From Diplonema japonicum (lineage: Eukaryota > Protista > Euglenozoa: Diplonemea): DNA of 64,000 nt. Below the pieces are notes generated by a model. That model made no database searches, was not told the origin of the DNA, and worked only from the letters and a program-made list of their open reading frames with translations. Every line of letters starts with the position of its first letter. Position 1 is the stretch's first letter. A program made the position numbers and the translations under genes. Positions 45,127 to 56,581 of the stretch are shown here, in pieces. The stretch spans positions 496,001-560,000 of the forward strand of contig OZ025686.1 of NCBI GenBank assembly GCA_964019335.1. The letters run 5' to 3'.

Positions 45127-45813
45127 ATGCAGTATCCCGGTGCTAACGAGGAGTACGTGCTTGTTGATGCTCAGGGGAATGAGATCCCGATTAGCAGGGA
45201 GGAAGCCCTAGCCGCAGGTGGTGAGGGGTCGAACTACAACAAGGATGTAGGTGGAGGTGGTGGGCAGGACGGCGAAAGAGGTTTCGGGAAGTACATCATT
45301 GGGGCTGCAGCTGGCGGTGCTGCGTACCACGTGATTTCGGGAATGATAAAAAAAAAGCCGCAGCAGAAACCTGCGCAGCAACAACAACAGCAAGGCTACC
45401 CCCAACAGCAGCCTCAACATGGAGGAGGCTACCCTGCGCCTATCAACTATGGCGCTGGTGGATACCCTCCTCAGCAGCAGCAGCAGCCCCCTCCTGGGAT
45501 GGGGCGTGTAGAGCAGGGATACGGTGGATACCCTTCCCAGCAGCAGCAACAGCAACAGCAGCAAGCTTACCCAATGTACCCTCCCCCGAATTATCAGCAG
45601 CAGCAACCCTGTGCACCTGCTGCCGGCCCACAGATGGCCAACATCCAGAACCCCTACCAGCAACAAGGACCCGCTGGCGGGGGCATCGCTAACCCTGCGA
45701 ATCCTTACGCTCAGGGACCGAGTCCTGGTGGCGCGTACCCACCCTCCGCGCCACAGTCTCAATACCCTATTCCTGGTTATCATGGTGCCATGCCAGCAGG
45801 ATACCAGGGATGA
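45127..45813 (+). CDS. Q/P/G/Y-rich low-complexity protein
   Basis: 228-aa ORF with host codon bias, repeated GYP/QQQ/NPY motifs and a Gly/Ala hydrophobic segment. Confidence 0.75.
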   Translation: MQYPGANEEYVLVDAQGNEIPISREEALAAGGEGSNYNKDVGGGGGQDGERGFGKYIIGAAAGGAAYHVISGMIKKKPQQKPAQQQQQQGYPQQQPQHGGGYPAPINYGAGGYPPQQQQQPPPGMGRVEQGYGGYPSQQQQQQQQQAYPMYPPPNYQQQQPCAPAAGPQMANIQNPYQQQGPAGGGIANPANPYAQGPSPGGAYPPSAPQSQYPIPGYHGAMPAGYQG

Positions 45814-46285
45814 GCAAAACTGAGGAGAAGAAATACGAGATAAAAAAATAAATTAAAGACAATGTGGTATTTTGTGTATTCCTTTCCTTCCACTACCCCC
45901 TCCCCCGATTTGCCTTTGCTTTCTTCGTTTTTTTTTCCCCCATCCCTGCCGCTCGCATACACGGCAGAACTGACCCTTGTGATGGTGCGTGGCGTCACCA
46001 CAATCTTCAGCAGTCGAAGGCACAGCCCGCACATCACTGCTCCTGTCACAGCACCTGCATCGTGTTGTTAAGACCCAAAACTGTGCCTGCGTTGGTTTGC
46101 AATACTTGAAAAGCGAGCCTCGTGGGCATAGCAGCAGAAGCATGGCGACTTAGTACCGTTTACCCCTTTTTTCTTCCTAACCTTCCAACCCTCCAAAGTT
46201 TGATTATATTTCTTCTTTCCGCCAAGAAAAGACAGTGACAGACAGTGGTAGGTTATTTACACGTTGATATTACAACATAAAAGAA

Positions 46286-46528
46286 ATGTTGCGCTTAGAC
46301 TCAAAAACGATACCCGGGATGAATGGGAACAGTGGCGGTGGGAACGGGGCGGCAAAGGGAGCCGCGGGTAGCATGGCTGCACAAGCAGCGCAACGCAAAG
46401 CGAACAAAGCAGCTGGCGCATTGATCTCGGGGATCGACGACTCGTCCTCTGTGAAGGACGTCGCGATACGTTCCAACCACGGGTTCGATGTCAAGGTGCA
46501 CGACCACAACGAGGGGTTCCTCATCTAG
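46286..46528 (+). CDS. Small hypothetical protein
   Basis: 80-aa GC-rich ORF, co-oriented with the cluster; start uncertain (46286 or 46319). Confidence 0.45.
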   Translation: MLRLDSKTIPGMNGNSGGGNGAAKGAAGSMAAQAAQRKANKAAGALISGIDDSSSVKDVAIRSNHGFDVKVHDHNEGFLI

Positions 46529-46639
46529 CGGGTGGAGTTACACAGTTTAGTAGGTCTTTTGCTGCTCATTTCAACTGTTTCTCAATATTCTAACATCATA
46601 CAGGCATACACATCCTTTCCCCTCTTAAGAACAAGCAAT

Positions 46640-47884
46640 ATGGACCGTGTCAGGGTCATGGAATCTCATGTTGTAAACACACCCCCCCCTTCCCCTTCCC
46701 CTTGCGCCACCCCTGCCGTGACTGTATGTGGTGCGGGGAACGCAGCGCATGTCATGGTGTCACACCTGAGCAGTTTGGGATGCGATGTGAGGTGGTTGGC
46801 ACCGTTCGGGAACGAGCAGGAGTCTCTGGTGGAAGGGCTTAAGAAGCACGGCGGGATTCTGATGAATGGGAAAGTTGGGAAACCCAGGGTGGTGACCAAG
46901 AGCGCCATGGAGGCAATCCCAGGGTCGAAGTTCGTGTTTATCCCCCTTCCTGTATTCGCTCACGAGGCGACCCTGCGAGCAGTGGTGCCCTTCTGCGAGG
47001 AGGACTGCGTCATCGTGGTGCTCCCTGCAACGGGCGCGTTCGACTGGACTGCGGAGAAGGTCTTTAAAGATCTCAACAAGAGAGTTGATGTGGCAGGTGT
47101 TGGGCCGCTGCCATATGTATGCAGGACTCGAAAATTCGGGGAAGAAGTGAACCTGCTAGGCGTGAAGTCCCGTGTCGGGATGGCGTGCACGAAGGGTGCA
47201 GACGCGAAGGCCATCGCAGGGCAGATCGAGAACATGCTCGGCTTCCAGGTGGTTGTGTTCCCTTCGTTTCTGTCGATCACGCTGACACCCACGAACCCCA
47301 TCATGCACCCTGGGAGGATGTATGGGATGCTGGTGGCGAAAAAGTACTGGAGAGAGAGCACGCCTCCGCTGACGAAGAACGTGCTCTTCTACGATGAGTG
47401 CGACGAGGTATCAAGCCAGTGGATCCACAGGCTGGACAACGAGAACCAAATGATCGTTAAGAAGCTGGAGGAGCTCCTTCCTGGTTGCATCAAAGATTCT
47501 GTTTTACCAGTCAATCAGTATCTGAAATGGGCATACGGCTCCAGCATCACAGACCACTCCTCAGCAGGTGCTTGCTACAGAACCAACAAGCAGTTCCATG
47601 GCGTGGCATCGCCTCTGCTTGAAGTAGCACCTGGGTATTGGGTGCCCAATTTCAAGTCCCGTTACTTCACGGAGGACATCCCTTTCGGGCTTCTCACCAA
47701 CAAAGGGATAGCGGAGCTCATAGGTGTGCCCACACCCAGCATGGACTGTGTTATCGAGTGGGCACAACATGAAATGGGTAAAAAGTGGATCGTGGACCAT
47801 AAAATAAACCCTGACGAGACTCCCCAACAGACTCCCCAGGCCTTGGGCATGACGTTTCAAAGCTTTATTGCAATGTACTCATAG
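46640..47884 (+). CDS. NAD-dependent opine (octopine/tauropine-type) dehydrogenase
   Basis: Rossmann VCGAGNAAH, LPYVCR, NPIMHP, SRYFTEDIPFGL, VPTPSMD motifs. Confidence 0.88.
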   Translation: MDRVRVMESHVVNTPPPSPSPCATPAVTVCGAGNAAHVMVSHLSSLGCDVRWLAPFGNEQESLVEGLKKHGGILMNGKVGKPRVVTKSAMEAIPGSKFVFIPLPVFAHEATLRAVVPFCEEDCVIVVLPATGAFDWTAEKVFKDLNKRVDVAGVGPLPYVCRTRKFGEEVNLLGVKSRVGMACTKGADAKAIAGQIENMLGFQVVVFPSFLSITLTPTNPIMHPGRMYGMLVAKKYWRESTPPLTKNVLFYDECDEVSSQWIHRLDNENQMIVKKLEELLPGCIKDSVLPVNQYLKWAYGSSITDHSSAGACYRTNKQFHGVASPLLEVAPGYWVPNFKSRYFTEDIPFGLLTNKGIAELIGVPTPSMDCVIEWAQHEMGKKWIVDHKINPDETPQQTPQALGMTFQSFIAMYS

Positions 47885-48741
47885 AACTGCTCAAAGGAAG
47901 GAAGAAGGGAAAATTGCTGTGAAATCATGTCAAAGGTCTTCCTCAAGGAAACTTTGCGGGTTTTCCTTTTTTTTTCTCTCTTCCGTCACGAGAAGCAGCG
48001 ACGAGATAAAGAAAAAAAAAGCTATTTATTACCACAGCGAATAACAAAATTTTTGTGTCACCCAAGGCCGAGTCATAGAGGTGTGAATAAGGTGGTTTTA
48101 TGTTTATTCCCCTCAATTCTATTTCATTCAGCCCTAATCAGGAAAAATCAACAACTAGGCCAAAAGCCCCCCCCGGCAAAAAAAAAGTCCTGTCGAGCAG
48201 ACTACTGCAAGGTCTTTCAAAATTAGAAGAAAAAAGTGTGGTGTCCAACAACTGTTTTGGCCAGTGCGCTGCAATGACAGACAAGTTGGCTTAAAAACCT
48301 GTTTTCTGGAGCGAAGTTGGTGTAGTGAATGAAAGTAAAATTGAGAGGGAGTACGTTAATATAGTGCGTAGCAAAGCCCCTCAAGCAAACAAAATTTCAT
48401 AGAAAAAAAGAATGCTTTTAAAAAAGGGTCTATATTTCTTTGTTTTTTCTTCTTGCAGGGCACTCAGCCTTTGATTTCTTCAAGGAGGCCTTGGCTAAGA
48501 TCCCCTGCAAGCACCCTTCCCTTTTTTTTGCATTGTTAACAAAAGAGAGGGGTCGACAAAAACAAAAATATACAGCGCCCTCGGATACTTCTTTTTTTTT
48601 CTCCCTCTTCTATTTCACACTGGTAACAATTATTTTCCTAACGCGTACACCTCTCGCTGCCCAACTGTGGGTATACTACTTTCTCTCTCGTTTATTTTAT
48701 TTTTATACTTGCTCCAAACAGAACCATTATCTAGCCCAGGA

Positions 48742-50509
48742 ATGTATGGCTTGGGTAGGCAACAAAGATTGAAAGTCAAGCACCTCCGGAAGGTAGCAAT
48801 ATGTGGGTTTGCCTTAATAGCGATAGCGGTGTTGCTGCTGGAGACCGCAATGAATATCAATGTAATGGAAGGAGCACCGCCTATAGGTGCAGGGGGTGCT
48901 CATGGTTCCGGTGATGTGGGAACGACGCCGCAGCCACAAGCTGCAACGGTGAACAATAGCAAGCGTTTTGAATCTCTCAGCGGGAAGGGTGTCCTGAGCA
49001 ACCTTGGCCCCCACCGCAACCTTCGGAGGCTCCTGCACAAGAGGTCTGACCTCTGCGGTGCCTGCGGTGTCGCGAACGACCACAAACAACCTTCCTTCTG
49101 TTCCATAGACGAGGCCGACCCCTTCCAAACAGCTCCAATCGAGTGGGAACTAAACCGAAAGCCCAGAAATGCAGAACACGAGGTTCCAAAAAAGCCAACC
49201 CTCGTGTACATAGCAGTGGGAGGCACGCTGCATGGCGTTGCAGAGGGTGTTAAAGGAGGCAGGCAGGACTACGTGGAGGAAAGCATCCGGCAATGGCGTC
49301 TCTTCAACCCTGCTAGCGAGAGCCACGTGATCCTCGTGGTGTCCTCCAACTACAAGGACGACACCATTGTGGCCTCGTGGGCCAAGAAGTACACTGTGGA
49401 GCTGATTTTCGAATCGGACATTGAGCGCACTGCCGAGCGGGAGACGTACCGCAAGGTGTTTTACATACAGGGCTACATGCACCCGGGGGGGTCACGGAAG
49501 GACGGGAACAAGGATTTCAACAAACTTGTAATGGAGCGCTTCCACATTCTTCACTCTGTGATAAGGATGCGGAAGCTAAGGCATGTGCTGCACTTGGAGA
49601 ACGACATCATGGTCTACCAGAACTGGGCTTCTTACCTGCCCTATATTATCAACTGCGGAGCGAACCTTGCGTCGACCTTTGCATCGCCGAAGGGTGTGAT
49701 CCCTGGCGTGGTGTACGTGAGAGACGAGGGCGCACTGACGAAGATGCTGAAGTTTGTGAACGACCTTCTGGTGTGCGGGTCGACGTGTGTGGGGGTCACA
49801 TCTGCAGATGCCTGTCACGGACCATACTGCCACTGGACGAAGGAGGGGGCCGAGTCGTACAAAGGGAACTGCCAACCGAAGTTCGGCTACGCACTGAACA
49901 AGAGGCTGAAGATGGGAACCTACGCCAATGACATGACGTATCTTATGAACTACTGGCAGTACTACGGCAGCGCCGACCTTGCGCCCCTCCCTGCATGGGA
50001 TCACGGAAAGGGGGAAAACTGTATTTACGAACAAAGCGGGAAACAAATCTTCGACCTTGCCTCCTTTGGACAATGGTACAGTTTCTCACCGCCGGACAGG
50101 GACCCGCCCAAGCCCGACAAGCAGTATGTACAGGCCATGAAGGTATGCTACATTTTTCCAAAGAAAGGAAAGAGAGAAAAAAGACACCCTGAGTAATAGC
50201 TCCCTTTCAGAAAACATTCTAGTTGTTACGTAACTCACCCTTAAGGCTTGTTTTCTGAAAACGCTCGAAATCAACACCCCTAGTTTTTACATAAAATTTG
50301 TTGGATTCTTGAATTTTAAGTCTGCTATCGGCTTTGGATAGTATTTCCAAGAATCCATGTAACAGTAACCCAATTAGGGGTAGTAGAACGTCCTGCCTCC
50401 CTGTCGAAGGCAATTTAAAGGATGTCCCCACTCTGTGACACAGTGATAGGGAAAAGCATTTAATCACGGTCGAATTTAAGCTATCATATTTCCCCAGGGT
50501 AAGGCTGGG

Positions 50510-50541
<32 letters not shown>

Positions 50542-50707
50542 ACACACACATACACAGAAAAACCGGTTCCTCGACCCCACGCCGCCGCCTTACATCAAAT
50601 GGATCCCAGATGCGAATGGCAGAAAGGTGCCTTGGTGGAAAGATTTTAAGCTTATGTCACTTCATGTGCACGGCAAGAACCTAGAGCGGTTCCGATCTGT
50701 TGATTAG
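48742..50707 (+). CDS. Type II membrane glycosyltransferase-like protein; intron 50143-50557
   Basis: Basic N-terminus plus TM anchor, ERF...HLENDIMVY, IFDLASFGQW. The second exon restores the C-terminus ...SLHVHGKNLERFRSVD. Confidence 0.7.
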
Positions 50708-50787
50708 TAATTCTTAAGTATTAACGGCTCTTTGGCAGTGAAGAAAGCAATTTGTTATCATCAGTACCAAATAGGGATGTGAGGCAT

Positions 50788-51252
50788 ATGAATGCCTTCA
50801 TCACAGCTGGCATTGTGGGGGCTTCTGTTTTAGTGCTGTGTGCTTGTGGGGTGTTCCTTTACTGGTACTATGCTGTCGATGTAAGTGATGTGGTGCAGGG
50901 TCAGGAAGAGGTCGCAGTTGGCCACGAAGCGAATACGGCACATATCTACCCCACCTACCCCATCTACCCCACCGATCCTTTTTGCACAGTGATAGAAAAC
51001 CCTGTTCACGAGGCATCGACTTTTGCCATCTCTGCCACAACCCCTGAATTACTTCCTTGCCGCCCAATTTCTGATAGCTCTAGTAGTAACCCTCCCCACT
51101 CCAACCTCGTGACACATTATTGCGCTGCATTATGCATTCTTGCGATGACAGCCCGTGTTCCTTTCCTCAACCCCCTATCTATCATTCTCTTTTCGCAGAA
51201 AATCACCCTCACCGCCACCGGCCAGGAGATAGAAGCCTTGAATGACGGATAG
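50788..51252 (+). CDS. Small single-TM hypothetical protein
   Basis: N-terminal hydrophobic helix followed by YPTYPIYP; 3' structure uncertain. Confidence 0.45.
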   Translation: MNAFITAGIVGASVLVLCACGVFLYWYYAVDVSDVVQGQEEVAVGHEANTAHIYPTYPIYPTDPFCTVIENPVHEASTFAISATTPELLPCRPISDSSSSNPPHSNLVTHYCAALCILAMTARVPFLNPLSIILFSQKITLTATGQEIEALNDG

Positions 51253-51343
51253 TTGTTGCCTGTGTTCCTTTTTTTAAAATATTTTCTTGCTCTGTTTGCT
51301 CGCTCTTTACATTTCTCAGCTTTAACAAACAAAAAGAAATAAA

Positions 51344-52275
51344 ATGGCCATCGGTAAGAACAAGCGTTTGTCCAAGGGCGGTAAGAAGTCCACCAAGAGA
51401 AAGGTCGGTGACGTCATGCTCAACAAGGAGTGGTACGACGTTGTCGCCCCCGCCGCCTTCCACACCAGGCAGTGCTCCAAGACCGTCGTGAACAAGTCCA
51501 AGGGTACTTTCAGCGCCGCTGACAGTCTGAAGGGCCGTGTGTTCGAGGTATGCATTTGCACACTCCCTACCACATCACCTACAGGTCTGCCTCGCCGACC
51601 TGATGAACAAGGCCAGCGAGTCCGCTGACGATGCCACCTACAAGAGCAGGAAGGTCCAGCTCAAGGCTGAGGACGTCCAGGGCAGGAACGTGCTCACCAA
51701 CTTCCACGGCATGTCCATCACCACCGACAAGCTGAGGTCGCTTCTCTCCAAGTGGTGCACCCTCATCGAGGGCTCCGTTGAGGTGAAGACCAGCGATGGG
51801 TACACCGTGCGTGTTTTCGCCATCGGTTTCACCAAGAAGAGGCAGTCCCAGGTAATTATCCCTTTTTGCTGACACTTAATATACCCCCAACACAGGTGAA
51901 GAAGAACTGCCACTGCCAGACTTCGCACGTGAAGAAGATCAGGACCAAGATGGCCGAGATCATCACCAGCACCGTGACCAAGAGCAGCTTGGAGAAGGTT
52001 GTGAAGAACCTCCAGCAGGACGTGATGGGTGACGAGATCAAGAAGGCCTGCGCTGGTATCTTCCCCCTCAGGGATGTCAACATCAGGAAGGTATGGCCTA
52101 GAAGATTATTGACACACTTTCACAGGTGAAGGTTGTGAAGACCCCCAAGAACACTGTCGAGCGCCTGCTGGAGGCCCACGGTGGCTCTGACAGCATCCCC
52201 AAGTCTGTTGAGGGTGGCAGGCAGAAGATGGCTGAGGTCCCTGTCGTGACTGAGGTTACTGAGGCCGAGGACTAG
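51344..52275 (+). CDS. RPS3A: 40S ribosomal protein S3a (eS1) copy 1; introns 51548-51584, 51852-51895, 52091-52125
   Basis: [35 protein letters not shown]. Exons sum to 816 nt. Confidence 0.95.
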
Positions 52276-52428
52276 ACCTACCGCCAGTGTGAATCGTTAT
52301 TATAGTATTTCGGGTGCAGAACAAATGACGGGCGGTGTTTGTTTGATCAGTGGATGGATCGAATCAGTATTCTGCCAGAAGCGTGCAGCCTTCACTTTCA
52401 TACAGGTCCCAAGTTTCTTTAATACAAA

Positions 52429-53361
52429 ATGGCTATCGGTAAGAACAAGCGTTTGTCCAAGGGCGGTAAGAAGTCCACCAAGAGAAAGGTCGGTGACGTC
52501 ATGCTCAACAAGGAGTGGTACGACGTTGTCGCCCCCGCCGCCTTCCACACCAGGCAGTGCTCCAAGACCGTCGTGAACAAGTCCAAGGGTACTTTCAGCG
52601 CCGCTGACAGTTTGAAGGGCCGTGTGTTCGAGGTATGCATTTGCACACTCACCTTCCACATCACCTACAGGTCTGCCTCGCCGACCTGATGAACAAGGCC
52701 AGCGAGTCCGCTGACGATGCCACCTACAAGAGCAGGAAGGTCCAGCTCAAGGCTGAGGACGTCCAGGGCAGGAACGTGCTCACCAACTTCCACGGCATGT
52801 CCATCACCACCGACAAGCTGAGGTCGCTTCTCTCCAAGTGGTGCACCCTCATCGAGGGCTCCGTTGAGGTGAAGACCAGCGATGGGTACACCGTGCGTGT
52901 GTTCGCCATCGGTTTCACCAAGAAGAGGCAGTCCCAGGTAATTATCCCTTTTTGCTGACACTCAATATACCCCCAACACAGGTGAAGAAGAACTGCCACT
53001 GCCAGACTTCGCACGTGAAGAAGATCAGGACCAAGATGGCCGAGATCATCACCAGCACCGTGACCAAGAGCAGCTTGGAGAAGGTTGTGAAGAACCTCCA
53101 GCAGGACGTGATGGGTGACGAGATCAAGAAGGCCTGCGCTGGTATCTTCCCCCTCAGGGATGTCAACATCAGGAAGGTATGGCCTAGAAGATTATTGACA
53201 CACTTTCACAGGTGAAGGTTGTGAAGACCCCCAAGAACACTGTCGAGCGCCTGCTGGAGGCCCACGGTGGCTCTGACAGCATCCCCAAGTCTGTCGAGGG
53301 TGGCAGGCAGAAGATGGCTGAGGCCCCTGTCGTGACTGAGGTTACTGAGGCCGAGGACTAG
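52429..53361 (+). CDS. RPS3A: 40S ribosomal protein S3a copy 2; introns 52633-52670, 52938-52981, 53177-53211
   Basis: Near-identical tandem duplicate, including the introns. Confidence 0.95.
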
Positions 53362-53453
53362 AAACTTGGCAGAAAAAAGACTCGTCTTTTGGGATCATAC
53401 TTTTATTAATAGTATTGCGCAATAGAAAAACACAAAACAGGAAATCAAAGAAC

Positions 53454-54673
53454 ATGTCTCACCGTAAGTTCGAGCAGCCGCGTCACGGTCATTTGGGGTA
53501 CCTTCCCCGTAAGAGGTGCCGCCACGTGAGGGGCCGTGTCAGGTCCTTCCCTGTGGATGACGCCACCCAGGCCCCCCACCTGACCGCCTTCATGGCATAC
53601 AAGGCGGGTATGACCCACATTGTGCGTGACCTTGACCGTGCCGGGTCCAAGATGCACAAGAAGGAGGTCTGTGAGCCCGTGACCATCGTGGACTGCCCCG
53701 AGATGGTTGTTGTGGGTATCGTTGGGTACAAGCCCACTGCCAGGGGTCTCAGGGCTGTGTCCACTCTGTGGGCCCAGAAGCTCTCCGACAGCATGCTGAG
53801 GAGGTACTACAAATCCTGGTACGCCGCCAAGAAGAAGGCCTTCACCAAGTACACATCGAAGTTCGAGGAGAACAAGGAGGCCAGGGAGACCATGTACAGC
53901 CGCATTGAGAAGAACGCCACCGTCCTGAGGGTGCTCGCCCACACTCAGCCCAACAAGCTGAAGCTCGGCAGCAAGAAGGCCTACGTCGCTGAGATCCAGA
54001 TCAACGGTGGGTCCATGGCCGACAAGCTGAAGTTCGCCCAGGGCCTCCTCGAGCAGCAGGTGACCGTTGGCCAGGTCTTCAAGGAGTCCGAGAGGTGCGA
54101 CGTCATCGCCGTCAGCAAGGGTCACGGTATGGAGGGTGTGACCCACAGGTGGGGTGTGTCCCGTCTGCCCAGAAAGTCCCACAGAGGTCTGAGGAAGGTC
54201 GCCTGTATCGGTGCCTGGCATCCGTCCCGTGTGGCCTACACGGTGGCCCGTGCCGGTCAGAACGGGTTCCACCACAGGACTGAGCTCAACAAGAAGATCT
54301 ACAAAATGGGTGAGGCTGCCGCTAAGTGCGAGAAGGGTAACGCCACCACCTCCATGGACATCACTGAGAAGCACATCACCCCCCTGGGCGGCTTCCCCCA
54401 CTACGGTGTCGTCAACAACGAGTACGTCATGCTCAAGGTATTTTTTCATTTCTTTACTTTAATATAACACAGGGGTCTGTCCCGGGGCCCGTTAAGCGTG
54501 TCCTCACCCTCCGCCGCCCTCTTGCCCCCCAGACCAGCAGGGCCGCTCAGGAGCAGGTGAACCTTAAGTTCATCGACACCAGCTCCAAGCAGGGTCACGG
54601 TCACTTCCAGACCCAGGCCGAGCGTGCCAAGTTCATGGGCACCAGGAAGAAGGACATCCAGAACTCCGCCTAA
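53454..54673 (+). CDS. RPL3: 60S ribosomal protein L3; intron 54438-54472
   Basis: [33 protein letters not shown]. The 35-nt intron joins to GSVPGPVKR. Confidence 0.96.
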
Positions 54674-54876
54674 ACACGAGGCTTGCCATTCCCCTTCCCC
54701 CTACCATAGGATACGACATACCGCTTCGCTGAGATTAATAGTGCAGAGAAAAAAAAAAAAAAAAAAAAAAAAAACTACCCAACCCATCATCTTTCATTGT
54801 TCAGTTGCACGTACTACTTACAAACATACAGGAGTGAACTTTCGAGGACCTTTCCCCTCCCCCAAGAAGAAATATC

Positions 54877-56581
54877 ATGAACTCCGTGGTGCTTGTGGCA
54901 GCGCTGACTGTGGGCGCAGAGATTTGCGACATGGTCCCCACGACCTTCCGTAGCAAGAACGAGACCTGTACCCAGCTCAGCGACTGCCTCAACAGCAACA
55001 TCGGCGGTGTGAGGTTCCAGCCGTGGTGGCTGGACAACTTCCACAACATCAACTCTGGGCTGACATGCTACGATGGCTGGTGTACTGCGAGGAGAAAGAA
55101 CGGCGAGAGGTGCACCTCCAACGACAATTGTGAGTCTTGGGTGTGCGCCATGAAGCCGGGCACAGCCCACAATGTCTGTTACGGCATTGACACTATCCCC
55201 TTAGGACACACTTGTCCCATTACCTTCGCCGACATAGCTTCCCATGACAGGAGGCACCACCTTTGCGAGGGTAATGCCTACTGCAGCCCTGTCAACCTGG
55301 AATCCACCGCTGCCAACTCCCCCACCGTCTGCAGGGAGTGGGCCGGGGAGGGTGATGACTGCTACGTCATCTGGACCGAGGGCGCAGCCTCTGCCCCCGT
55401 CCGTCATACCTGCGACCCTGCATTTTCGGACCTCTACTGCCAGCCCACCAATGCAACATGGTCGCCTTCTGTGGTGAGCCCCACTCTCCTCAAAGACAGG
55501 ATCAACGCAGGGAAGTGTATGACTGTCCCTGAGCACGAAGAACCGGGAACCTGCGCCACCATCCGTGGTACTGCCCAGAGGGCGCACTGCGAATATGACG
55601 AGTTCTGCCAGCGTCTGAACACCACTGACGCTGTCTGCCAGGAGAAGGCAGAAGAGAACGGCTTTTGCCACATTGACTTGGACTGCGAGTGGGGGCAGGC
55701 TTGCAACAGCAAGAACAGCCTCTGCATGGAGATCTACTACGGCACCGATACGACGACCACCCTGTACGACCGTACTATTTTCTGCGAGATCGGATACGAG
55801 CTTGACATCGCTACCTCCAGGTGCGTGAAGGACTCTTACGACAAGGACTGCAACACCGATGCTGACTGCAACCCTACCACCACGGCTCCCGACACCGTGA
55901 TTGCCACGTTCTACCCCACCACATGGACGAAGAGGCACATGTTCTGCAACAAGAAGGCGGGGTCTACTCTTAATAACAAGTGCCGTGACCACTTCGCGCC
56001 ACGCGATGGGTGTGAGGACGAGGCTAGGGAGCTCCTGAAGTTCGCCTCGCAGAGCATGAAGGAGGGGAGGGTGCTGCAAGTGGAGGCGTGTGCTGACAAC
56101 GGGTGCTTCTCGATGCGAGGGACTTTCACGAAGATGGAGTGGTACGGCGAGAGGATCATGTGCTGCACACTAAGGCAGGAGAACTCAGACGTGTGCCTCT
56201 TCCACGACGGTGCCGTGTGGTCCTTCGGCAGGACCTCATGGTTGGGGATGGACAAGAGTGGACAGCAAGGCGACGTGTGTCCCCCTGAAGGGCTGTCCTC
56301 CGTCACTATCGCCGCTCTCATCGTTGTCTTCGGTGTCCTCTTCCTCGTCGTCCTCTTCGTGCTTGTGAAGGAGTTCACGTATGTCTTTATCACAGCAGTC
56401 ACCCCACACAGATACGTCCCCCCCCCGAGTGATGACGATGAAGCCACCGAAGAGAAATCAGGGAAATCAGTCCCCTCCACTGCCCCCAACATGGTAGAAG
56501 AGGAGAACAAGGCACTGGTATGCAAGCACCTCTTTTCGTAAATCCATCCCACAGGGAAGCCCTAACGAGCCCAAGCCATAG
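54877..56581 (+). CDS. Cys-rich type I membrane protein; probable introns 56379-56411, 56518-56554
   Basis: Signal peptide, many CxxxxDC-type Cys clusters, TM VTIAALIVVFGVLFLVVLFVLV; two GTATG...ACAG micro-introns. Confidence 0.82.

Noticed and set aside
45982-46071. 29-aa ORF ending in CC
   Set aside because: Too short and with no homology evidence; may be UTR.
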